From the NCBI GenBank assembly GCA_018714345.1, contig DVNO01000021.1, forward strand, positions 4,683-68,682: DNA of 64,000 nt, written 5' to 3'. Position numbers and translations under genes: made by a program. Shown one piece after another: positions 9,398-17,441 of this stretch; the stretch's first letter is position 1, and each line of letters opens with the position of its first letter. The notes below the pieces were generated by a model. The model did not search any database. It was given only the letters and a program-made list of their open reading frames with translations, and was not told the DNA's origin. The DNA comes from Candidatus Enterousia avicola. GTDB lineage: Bacteria; Pseudomonadota; Alphaproteobacteria; Rs-D84.

Positions 9398-10640
9398 ATT
9401 TTTGTTTATAAGCCAACACATAAGGCACAAACTTATCCGTATTTTCGGCTTTTATCCATGAACGCGGAATTATCAGACTATTATGTTGCCCCGCAGACAT
9501 CTTTGGCAACACCTCATTATTCTTGGCATTTATTATTTGGGGTAAAATAACCGGTATACCATCCGCCACCCCAGGCAGTACAAAAGTTATTTCATCCCCT
9601 GCTTTGATTTCATTTCTTAATTCTAATGTTATTTTTTCGTCATCCGTAGCCGTTATAACACCAGCCGCATGATATGCTGATGTAGAACGCGTTGTTTCAT
9701 AGTTATGTGCGTCGGGGCCTAAATTACCGTCAAAGAAAGCCGTCGTATAACCACGCGTTTCCAACCTATTTAGCTCGTCCATGAAAGGCGTTGGGTCAAA
9801 ATGTTCCGGGTCTTGTGCATAAGCATCCAGCGCACCACGATATGCGTGCACTACACTGCCAACATAATATTCACTACGATTGCGTCCCTCTATTTTCAAT
9901 GAATCTGGTTTTGATTCTATCACTTCACGCAGACGTGGCATCAAGCATAAATCTTTAGAGTTCATAATATACGCGCCACGCTCATCTTCCTCAATCGGCA
10001 TTTCTATTCCAGATTCGCATTCACGTAATATTACGTCATATTTCCACCTGCACAACTGCGCACACGCGCCACGATTCGCTGGACGACCTGTAATAAAATT
10101 AGACAACAAACAACGCCCAGAATAACTCATGCACATTGCGCCATGCACAAATATTTCAAGTCCTACATCTGGGCACTTTTCCCTAATAATTTTAAATTCA
10201 TCATGAGAAACTTCACGCGCCAAAACACACAACCTTGCCCCGGCACGTTGCCAAAACTTTACAGATTCAGCCGAGCATATATTAGCTTGGGTAGAAACAT
10301 GTATTGGTACATCTGGATGATGTTCCCTGACCCACATCATGACCCCAGGGTCTGCGACTATCAACGCATCTGGTTTTAAATAATTTATAGTTTCACTGAC
10401 GCGCGGCATATTGACGAAATCCCGCTCGTGAGCAAATAAGTTAAACGCAAGGTAAACCTTTTTACCTGCGGCATGAGCAAGTTCTATTCCCTGTTTTACT
10501 TCTTCTGTCGTTATTTTTGCACGTGCCCGCATAGAAAACCCCGGCAAACCGGCATAAATAGCATCTGCACCATATAAAATGGCGGTTTTAAAGGCATCCA
10601 GCGTTCCGGCTGGGGCTAATAGTTCTGGTAATTTAGTCAT
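9396..10640 (-). CDS. U32 family peptidase-like protein
   Basis: 414 aa. The N-terminus PELLAPAGTLDAFKTAILYGADAIYAG and a Cys cluster (CMSYSGRC..C..LC) are typical of the U32 family. Confidence 0.8.
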   Translation of the reverse strand: MTKLPELLAPAGTLDAFKTAILYGADAIYAGLPGFSMRARAKITTEEVKQGIELAHAAGKKVYLAFNLFAHERDFVNMPRVSETINYLKPDALIVADPGVMMWVREHHPDVPIHVSTQANICSAESVKFWQRAGARLCVLAREVSHDEFKIIREKCPDVGLEIFVHGAMCMSYSGRCLLSNFITGRPANRGACAQLCRWKYDVILRECESGIEMPIEEDERGAYIMNSKDLCLMPRLREVIESKPDSLKIEGRNRSEYYVGSVVHAYRGALDAYAQDPEHFDPTPFMDELNRLETRGYTTAFFDGNLGPDAHNYETTRSTSAYHAAGVITATDDEKITLELRNEIKAGDEITFVLPGVADGIPVILPQIINAKNNEVLPKMSAGQHNSLIIPRSWIKAENTDKFVPYVLAYKQK

Positions 10641-10698
10641 AATACCTATATTTTTTACAGTTATTTTGATAATGCAAGTATTTTATGAATTTTTTATC

Positions 10699-10727
10699 TT
10701 GAAATTATAAATCATACAATGTATAGT
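10699..10727 (+). promoter_or_regulatory. sigma70-like promoter of the (now split) chromosomal tRNA-Thr
   Basis: TTGAAA (10699..10704), 17-nt spacer, TATAGT (10722..10727), ending 10 nt before the tRNA 5' end. Confidence 0.45.
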
Positions 10728-10737
10728 AGAGCACGTT

Positions 10738-10778
10738 GCCAGTTTAGCTCAGCTGGTAGAGCATCTGATTTGTAATCA
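10738..10778 (+). pseudogene. 5' half of chromosomal tRNA-Thr(UGU), interrupted in the anticodon loop (attL side)
   Basis: gccagtttagctcagctggtagagcatctgatttgtaatca comprises the acceptor 5' strand, the D-arm, the anticodon-stem 5' strand tctga and the loop. tRNA similarity stops after 10778. Confidence 0.85.
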
Positions 10779-10817
10779 TCGGTACGGCTATTATGTACGG
10801 CAACGCACAACAATTTT

Positions 10818-10839
10818 TCGCAGTTTTCTGCGATTTTTT
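10818..10839 (+). terminator. rho-independent terminator just inside the island left end
   Basis: Hairpin tcgcag-tttt-ctgcga followed by tttttt. It lies 40 nt after the truncated tRNA half. Confidence 0.45.
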
Positions 10840-10892
10840 ATTACCATAATCATCACAACATTTTTGCAAAATATGGTATTTTTTTGAAATCA

Positions 10893-10912
10893 CTGGACCA
10901 AATTTGGACCAT
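10893..10912. repeat. 20-bp motif ctggaccaaatttggaccat (inverted copy of 21303..21322)
   Basis: It is the exact reverse complement of atggtccaaatttggtccag at 21303..21322. Candidate arm-type recombinase/RDF site. Confidence 0.75.
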
Positions 10913-10977
10913 AAATTACATCCCAAACAGCCCGTTAAAAATTGCATTTCGAACATCAAATAAAAAATTTTTTTCGT

Positions 10978-10994
10978 GGTCCATTTTTGGTCCA
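10978..10994. repeat. related motif ggtccatttttggtcca
   Basis: Same half-sites (ggtcca / tggtcca) with a 5-nt A/T spacer, in direct orientation relative to the right-end copy. Confidence 0.6.
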
Positions 10995-11025
10995 ATAAAA
11001 AATATTTTATGTTTAAAAATTATAC

Positions 11026-11053
11026 TTGATTTACAACCCAGAATAGGTATAAT
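11026..11053 (+). promoter_or_regulatory. sigma70-like promoter of the island-borne tRNA-Thr
   Basis: TTGATT (11026..11031), 16-nt spacer, TATAAT (11048..11053), ending 9 nt before the tRNA 5' end. Confidence 0.5.
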
Positions 11054-11062
11054 TTGGGCATC

Positions 11063-11138
11063 GCCAGTTTAGCTCAGTTGGTAGAGCGGCTGATTTGTAA
11101 TCAGTAGGTCGTTGGTTCAAATCCGACAACTGGCACCA
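11063..11138 (+). tRNA. tRNA-Thr(UGU), complete, island-encoded
   Basis: 76-nt cloverleaf: acceptor gccagtt/aactggc, D-arm agctcagttggtagagc, anticodon stem gctga/tcagt with loop ttTGTaa, T-arm ggttcaaatcc, encoded CCA. Confidence 0.9.
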
Positions 11139-11143
11139 GGATT

Positions 11144-11167
11144 TCCGCGGACTTCGCGGATTTTTTT
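11144..11167 (+). terminator. rho-independent terminator of the island tRNA-Thr
   Basis: Hairpin tccgcg-gactt-cgcgga followed by ttttttt. Confidence 0.6.
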
Positions 11168-11267
11168 ATTTTTCATATTTTGGAAATACCACGATAAAAA
11201 TTGATTATTTTTACATGAAAAAAAGCATTCTTTTTACTGGTGCCGCAAATCAAACACGACAACCATA

Positions 11268-11275
11268 GGGGGGGG
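11268..11275. repeat. homopolymeric G8 tract
   Basis: ataGGGGGGGGtat in the 362-bp non-coding stretch between the island tRNA and the res stop. Confidence 0.9.
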
Positions 11276-11500
11276 TATAGGGTACGCCCCATAGATTTTT
11301 TAACCATCGGCACACCTGTCACACTGTCACGGGTAAATTGGATATGATGGGGTAAATAACAATGACCGCGACAGTCACATTGTCGTGGCCGACGTCAAAC
11401 AAAAATGATTTTATGCCACCGTCATACCATAAAACAGCAAAAACGCGCTGTCGGCCATTTGTCGCATTTTATAAACAGGTCGAAAAAAATTATAATACAA

Positions 11501-14440
11501 TCATTCAAACAATGCCCCCGTGGCACGCCCGCGTGTCAATCGGCAAAAATCTAATATTTCTTTTATCCCGGCATTTTTTTCGCGCCAATTGTAAAACATT
11601 TCATCAGTTAACAAAGAATACACCCACGTGGAATCCATCCTGTTATTTGGTGCCAATTCATTGATCTTTGATATCCAATCCATTGCGCCAATTTCTTTAC
11701 TTTTTACATCTGGATTTTTGGCCATGTTGCTGCCTTTGGTTTCAACAACATAAATATTATTTCCAATTTTCAATATAAAATCTGGATAATACGTGGCCAA
11801 CATTCCATCAGAACGTAAATATCTGAATCTTGCAAACAAATGCTTGTTTTCGTTAATTTTTATAATTCGTTCAACATGGGCATCTGCATCACAGGCCAGC
11901 AAGAAATCTCGTTCCAAGCCACCTTTGTTTGATGGATAAAAAGTTTTTTCATATATAGATTTCTTTATATCCAACGCATAATTTTCGCGCCCAATTAATT
12001 GTTTAATTTCGGAAAAATAACGTTTTTCAATAATGGCATCATGTACATCAATATTATTATGCATTTCATAAATTGCCTTTGATAATTCTGTCATCGTGTG
12101 TTTTATTATTTCTGTATTTGATAATAATAATACGCGCCAATTTCCATCCTGTAATGGATCAAATGGTTGACCAAATAATTTTGTACGGACAAATTTGTCT
12201 ATTGCAGATATCAACAAATTTTGGTCTATTTGCATCAGCGGCATTTCTGTTCTGTGTCCGTTTGATGCAACTTTTGCAAAATTAGATGTAATCGCCCGCA
12301 GCATTTTTTGCAAATATTCATTATATGATTTTGCATTAAATAAATCGCCACGAACCTTGTATTCGCCAAACTGGGTTTTTACTTGCATTTCTGTGCCGAC
12401 AAAGCGTTCTGCATTATCGTGTGGCACCATTTTCTTTAATTGTTCCAGATTCCATCCTGACAAAGGCTGCATATTATCCACAGAAATGATCGAACCATTG
12501 AGAGTTTCTTCACGTTCCTTGATAATTTGTGGCCAAAACATGTCATAATCTGCATAATTATTTTTTAATCCCACAGTTATCATATCCCCAACAGAACTGG
12601 CATCGGTTGGTCTGTCTTTTGTTTCGGAAACAACCAAACTGTTATCCAAATCTTCATAAAAATCTTTAAATGCAGGATGTTCCACAACAAATAAAGTATC
12701 AAGATAATTTAACGGTTCTCGTTTCAGGTCATATATATTATGTCTGTTGTCCGCTTTGATAGCATCATAATCACGGCCACGCCACATTAAACGCAGACCT
12801 CGTCCCAAAACCTGTTCCAACAAGATGGGCTCCTGGGTGGAACGCAACGGAACAATTACGCAAATATTGTTTACATCAAATCCCTCACGCAACATAAGAA
12901 CACTGACTACAACCTTAGGTTGTATTTGACTATCCAGATTGAACAAACGTTGCTTTAATGCGTTCCAATCAGCCGTTTTTAATTCACCCTTTTTATTTGA
13001 ATCTATTTGCATAATATCATCGGGTGCCAAACCTTCGGATTGTAGAAACTCACATACAAATGGTGATACATTTGTATCTTCACATATAACCATCATTTTT
13101 GGATGTTTTGTTGGATCATGTTTTACAAAATCTTCTTCTAAAATTTTTAATCGCGACAATCCGGCTCGCAACATCAATCGCTGGCCATCAGACAGGCCAA
13201 TTACTTTATTGCTGCTGTTGCGCACAGAACGAAATTCTATATCTGCATTTGCCAAACTGGCGATTTCTTTGCGTTCATCCAAAACAAATGTTTTAACAAG
13301 CCCTGTACGCATGGCAACAGATAATTCAAAATTAACAACAATATGCGAAAAATAATGTTTTACCTTATTTTTCTTGCTGCCGCTGGTATCGTATGGCGTT
13401 GCCGAGAAATCAATCTGTATAAAATTACTTTTTAATGCATTTGATAGAACGTTTAAAGATTTCTGCCATTCAACTTCGTGTATTACACCATAGGTTTTGT
13501 TTTCATGAATATGGTGCGCTTCATCATTGAATACACACAAATCGGGCAATCCAGATAAATATTCAAGTATTCCACCACGTAAAAATCTGTCATCCAATGC
13601 ATCTAATGAATTACCCGCCGAAATCCCTGGTGTCAATGGCAATAAATCATTCACAATATTTTTTGTGTCCGATAAATCAACCCCGTTTATATGTAAATCA
13701 TCTTCATTATCTTCATTTTTATCATCTGAATCAACCAACGCATGCCAATTGGTTATCGCAATCAAACCATCGCCAGTTGTTTTATGTCCGATTTCTGATT
13801 TATCTGCCACGGAATTTTGTACAAAAGAATAAATGTCCTGACGATATTTTTCGGGCAGGAATAAATCTTCATTCTTTTTTAAATCCGATGTTTCAAAATT
13901 TCTGACCCCAGGTTCTGTTTCTTTGCCCAAAAAGGCATCCAACAAGCGTTCATATACAATTAACCCAGGCGCAACCAATAAAAAATTTTTAGTATATTTG
14001 ACATCAGCACTTGTCGGCATATATTTTGAGTTCAAATATTGCCACACCATCAATGCGTTCAACACCCATGTTTTTCCGGTGCCGGTCGCCATTTTTATAC
14101 AATATTTGGTCAGATTATATTTATCGGCACACGTTATCCCTAAAAAATCGTTATCAACAAATGGTGTTGCGACAATTTGTCCGATTGCCGAATACATATC
14201 GGATACAGATTTTGATTTCAGAACTTCATGAACATATATTGTGTTCAAAATTGCCTGGCGTTGTCCGTCATGAAAATTTCTTTCACGAACATCACAAAAC
14301 ACAGGTTCAAACCAATATCGCAACAAATCCGCCGTTATCGGTGATACCGCGTTCAAAAACTGCCCAGATTCCCATTCTGCGTTCACAATGGACGATAATT
14401 CAGCCGCAAATTTTAATGGAATATCACGTGTGCCAATCAT
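11501..14440 (-). CDS. res: Type III restriction enzyme Res subunit (SF2 helicase plus C-terminal PD-(D/E)xK nuclease)
   Basis: Walker A MATGTGKTW, DEAH box VFNDEAHHI, motif VI-like QVLGRGLRL and a C-terminal nuclease-like YYPDFILKIGNNIYVVETKG. I prefer the start at Met9 (14440), which forms an ATGA overlap with the upstream ORF stop. The longest ORF starts at 14464. Confidence 0.85.
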   Translation of the reverse strand: MIGTRDIPLKFAAELSSIVNAEWESGQFLNAVSPITADLLRYWFEPVFCDVRERNFHDGQRQAILNTIYVHEVLKSKSVSDMYSAIGQIVATPFVDNDFLGITCADKYNLTKYCIKMATGTGKTWVLNALMVWQYLNSKYMPTSADVKYTKNFLLVAPGLIVYERLLDAFLGKETEPGVRNFETSDLKKNEDLFLPEKYRQDIYSFVQNSVADKSEIGHKTTGDGLIAITNWHALVDSDDKNEDNEDDLHINGVDLSDTKNIVNDLLPLTPGISAGNSLDALDDRFLRGGILEYLSGLPDLCVFNDEAHHIHENKTYGVIHEVEWQKSLNVLSNALKSNFIQIDFSATPYDTSGSKKNKVKHYFSHIVVNFELSVAMRTGLVKTFVLDERKEIASLANADIEFRSVRNSSNKVIGLSDGQRLMLRAGLSRLKILEEDFVKHDPTKHPKMMVICEDTNVSPFVCEFLQSEGLAPDDIMQIDSNKKGELKTADWNALKQRLFNLDSQIQPKVVVSVLMLREGFDVNNICVIVPLRSTQEPILLEQVLGRGLRLMWRGRDYDAIKADNRHNIYDLKREPLNYLDTLFVVEHPAFKDFYEDLDNSLVVSETKDRPTDASSVGDMITVGLKNNYADYDMFWPQIIKEREETLNGSIISVDNMQPLSGWNLEQLKKMVPHDNAERFVGTEMQVKTQFGEYKVRGDLFNAKSYNEYLQKMLRAITSNFAKVASNGHRTEMPLMQIDQNLLISAIDKFVRTKLFGQPFDPLQDGNWRVLLLSNTEIIKHTMTELSKAIYEMHNNIDVHDAIIEKRYFSEIKQLIGRENYALDIKKSIYEKTFYPSNKGGLERDFLLACDADAHVERIIKINENKHLFARFRYLRSDGMLATYYPDFILKIGNNIYVVETKGSNMAKNPDVKSKEIGAMDWISKINELAPNNRMDSTWVYSLLTDEMFYNWREKNAGIKEILDFCRLTRGRATGALFE

Positions 14441-15054
14441 GTTATTTTCCTTTTTTGTTGCCATTTTGTGCGTTTCCCCAGAACGGCGTTCATATTTCTA
14501 CGAATAGTTTCAAATGTATAATTTAACTCCATCATTACCGAACTGTTTTCATAACCATAAATAATTTGTTCGCATTCTTGACATTGCTGTACGGGCGTGT
14601 TTTCTGTTTGGTTATACAATGTGTCACAAGCCTGCTGAATGCGTTGACATATTTTCATAATAGCATCAAACGACTTTATAGATTCTTCTCCCCAATAAAT
14701 CGCAACCTTGTTCCGCAAATTAAAAAAGATTTTAAATTTATCTTTATTTTGTTCCATACGAAATAACGGGATTAATATATCAATGCGTTTTGTATTTATC
14801 GGCAAAGCACGTTCCTGATAATATTTTAATGCACTTTTTCGCTCTGTATTGTTTCTACTTGGCGAACAAATAAATTTGAACAAATCTTCTATCTCTAATA
14901 CCCCAGCTAAAACTTCACCAGCCACATCCATTTTTGCTTTGGTTAATGTTGAGGATTTCCATTTAAATGCCACATATGCGGCCACCCCAGTAAAAAACGC
15001 CATTGATACATTACAAACAATATTTATATTATCAGGTGTAATAATTTCACACAT
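14437..15054 (-). CDS. hypothetical 205-aa protein with N-terminal TM helix, embedded between mod and res
   Basis: The ORF starts 5 nt after the mod stop (RBS gaggtg 8 nt upstream) and its TGA overlaps the res ATG (ATGA). One hydrophobic helix (VSMAFFTGVAAYVAFKW). I recognise no motif. Confidence 0.6.
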   Translation of the reverse strand: MCEIITPDNINIVCNVSMAFFTGVAAYVAFKWKSSTLTKAKMDVAGEVLAGVLEIEDLFKFICSPSRNNTERKSALKYYQERALPINTKRIDILIPLFRMEQNKDKFKIFFNLRNKVAIYWGEESIKSFDAIMKICQRIQQACDTLYNQTENTPVQQCQECEQIIYGYENSSVMMELNYTFETIRRNMNAVLGKRTKWQQKRKIT

Positions 15055-15059
15055 AATAC

Positions 15060-17054
15060 CTACACCTCTATAATTGCCTGGGATTCAAAACCGAACACAT
15101 CAACCGCCTTGACGCAAATTGTGCGTTTGCCGGGAACCTTATCCACAATCAATTCGGCGGAATGTGTCACACGCAATTCATCGCTGTCGTTGGCGGTGTT
15201 TTCACGATAATCTTGCCATACACTGCGAAATGTATGCCCGTCATAATCCGGATCAATTGACCAATATTCAATTAAATCAAATGGCTTTTCTGCCATAATA
15301 TTTTGAACCACTGCTTTACTGTCGTCATCCAATGGCAAACAATCCGGTGACAGTAAAACATAATTATCCAATTCGATAACCAGTTTTTCTTTGCCATCTT
15401 GGTTGGCTGATAAAACACGTGGCTGTTTCAAAGTCAAATATTGCAGCGATGTAAAACGTATTTTTTGATTGTTTACCCAATCGCGATAATCCTTTTTGCG
15501 CAGCATATCCAGCAAATCTGGTGGAATAACCAAAACTTCTATTTCATTTTTAGGTAATTTTGATAATTTATCGCCAATATCAAATGAAAAATTCCACCCC
15601 AAAACAATAACCTTTTTCCACCCACCCATAAAAGATTCACGCAGTTCCATTGCACGCTTTATCGTGCCGGCATTTGTTATCTTGTTTGGACTGTCAACAA
15701 TTACCAGTGTTCTGGTGTCCCGCATATAACCAATATTCGTTGGCGCATCGGCATTATCAAATGGCAATGCACCATATAAACGCATTACCACACGCGCCAA
15801 ATCGGATACACGTTTGTATTGCCGGTCGGATAAAAATGCCTCGCGCGAATAATCACCAATGGAATGGTACAGGAATGGTTTGCAATTGGGGATATCAATC
15901 AACCGTTTGCGCATAATCATAACAGATGGTTTGCCAATATCGGATGTTATCCATCGCCGACCCAATTTTTCCGCCACCGCCGCCGTGGTACCCGACCCAC
16001 CAAAGAAATCCGCCACAATGGAGTTTTTATTGGACGCTATTTCTATAAGCATTTGTGCCAACCCCTCTGGTTTTTGTGTTGCATACCCAACGCGTTCTGA
16101 TGATAAATTTAATACTGGACGCATATTATATTGTTCAATACCAGCGTCTTTAACTATCCATGGGGCACCTTCAAATACGTCTCTTAATATAGTATCCACA
16201 TAATACCTGCCTTTTTCATCTTGTTTTGACCCCATAAAAGGTTTTTCTAAGTATTGACGTTCAATTTGACTGTTTAACGAAAAAGAAGCTGTTTGTTTGC
16301 AATAAAATAGAATTGTGTCATGTTTTCTTGGTAATGCCCCATTTCGTGAGGCGCCCCCACTCCTGTACGACCAAACAATCTCATTCACAAAGTTATTCTT
16401 ACCAAAAATATCATCCATTATTACTTTTACATAATGGCCGGCGTGCCAATCGCAATGCACATAAATTGAACCTTGGTCGGACAATAATTCACGCATTAAA
16501 CACAGGCGTGGATACAGCATTTTCAAATATGATACCGTGCCATCCGCCCATGTATCGGAATACGCAAACTGCTCCAACACCGTTGGTTTTTGTTCGATGT
16601 CACCATTTGGTAAGTTTATTTTTGTTCTGTAATCTGCCTTGGAATCAAATGGTGGGTCAATATAGATTAAATCAATTTTGCCGCGCATACTTGGCAATCC
16701 AGTGGCAGGGTCGCCGCTTAACAATGCCTGCATTGCAAACAGGTTATCACCATGAATTAAACGGTTAAACCAACCGTCTGTATCGCATGAATTCATGTTA
16801 TCCGGTGGGCAACATGCACGAATTTCACCGCGAAACAAACCACTTTCATCACGTGCCGGCAAAACATATTCATTCGTTTGCAGCATCATTTTATTATCTG
16901 ACTGCGCACGTGCCAAAATACGTTCCACTTCTTTTTTACCCTGTGCCACGATTTCCGGCAACATGTCTATCAATGACTTCGGCATCATTACCCCCGTTTT
17001 TGCAAACAAAAAACCGCCAACGGGATAATGGCGGTCGGGGAGTTCATAAATCAC
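15060..17054 (-). CDS. mod: Type III-like DNA methyltransferase Mod subunit (beta-class N6A/N4C)
   Basis: Motif [11 protein letters not shown] precedes motif [25 protein letters not shown] (beta-class order). A further about 290 aa follow motif I at the C-terminus. An alternative start at Met23 (16988) is possible. Confidence 0.85.
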   Translation of the reverse strand: MIYELPDRHYPVGGFLFAKTGVMMPKSLIDMLPEIVAQGKKEVERILARAQSDNKMMLQTNEYVLPARDESGLFRGEIRACCPPDNMNSCDTDGWFNRLIHGDNLFAMQALLSGDPATGLPSMRGKIDLIYIDPPFDSKADYRTKINLPNGDIEQKPTVLEQFAYSDTWADGTVSYLKMLYPRLCLMRELLSDQGSIYVHCDWHAGHYVKVIMDDIFGKNNFVNEIVWSYRSGGASRNGALPRKHDTILFYCKQTASFSLNSQIERQYLEKPFMGSKQDEKGRYYVDTILRDVFEGAPWIVKDAGIEQYNMRPVLNLSSERVGYATQKPEGLAQMLIEIASNKNSIVADFFGGSGTTAAVAEKLGRRWITSDIGKPSVMIMRKRLIDIPNCKPFLYHSIGDYSREAFLSDRQYKRVSDLARVVMRLYGALPFDNADAPTNIGYMRDTRTLVIVDSPNKITNAGTIKRAMELRESFMGGWKKVIVLGWNFSFDIGDKLSKLPKNEIEVLVIPPDLLDMLRKKDYRDWVNNQKIRFTSLQYLTLKQPRVLSANQDGKEKLVIELDNYVLLSPDCLPLDDDSKAVVQNIMAEKPFDLIEYWSIDPDYDGHTFRSVWQDYRENTANDSDELRVTHSAELIVDKVPGKRTICVKAVDVFGFESQAIIEV

Positions 17055-17289
17055 CTAAAAGATAGATCCCGCCAGTTTTCGGGAAACCCTATTTTATATA
17101 CTGACGGCTCCCCGACCAAACTGGTGGGGACTACAATAAAAGACGCTTTCGCGCCCTATTGGCGGATACAGCATTATTATTAATGCCGCTTTTAGGTAGG
17201 CTTATGACGGCCCCGAATCCAATTCCCATTGAATTCAACATACATTTTACACCAAATTTTCCAAAAATCAAATACCCGAGGATACGGGT

Positions 17290-17299
17290 GGGGGGGGGG
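17290..17299. repeat. homopolymeric G10 tract (C10 on the mod strand)
   Basis: cgggtGGGGGGGGGGatatg, 236 nt upstream of the longest mod ORF start, in the 387-bp intergenic region. Confidence 0.9.
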
Positions 17300-17391
17300 A
17301 TATGTTTAATATACGCCCGTCATGTGGTGGTTTATATCACAATATATACAGGTGTTGGGATCAGGCGGACGAATATGGGTGGGGGATAATG

Positions 17392-17428
17392 CCAAAACAT
17401 CGGCTGCACCGGATAACTGGCACAGCCG
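17392..17428 (-). terminator. possible terminator after the DUF3631-like gene
   Basis: Hairpin cggctg..cagccg (17401..17428). On the minus strand it is followed by atgtttt. The T-run is weak. Confidence 0.35.
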
Positions 17429-17441
17429 ACCAACATAACAC

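Noticed and set aside
10744-10995. 83-aa minus-strand ORF at the island left end
   Set aside because: It overlaps the tRNA 5' half, a terminator hairpin and the ggtcca repeat motifs. It has no RBS and is a Cys/Lys-rich low-quality translation, so it is most likely non-coding att arm DNA.
12073-14526. Many plus-strand ORFs (65-171 aa) opposite res
   Set aside because: They are shadow ORFs in an AT-rich gene. None has an RBS or motif, and res is continuous with all helicase and nuclease motifs in order.
17159-17389. 76-aa plus-strand ORF spanning the G10 tract
   Set aside because: It starts at a TTG with no RBS, lies on the opposite strand to all island genes, and gives an implausible peptide whose Gly run is merely the homopolymer. 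I treated it as non-coding.
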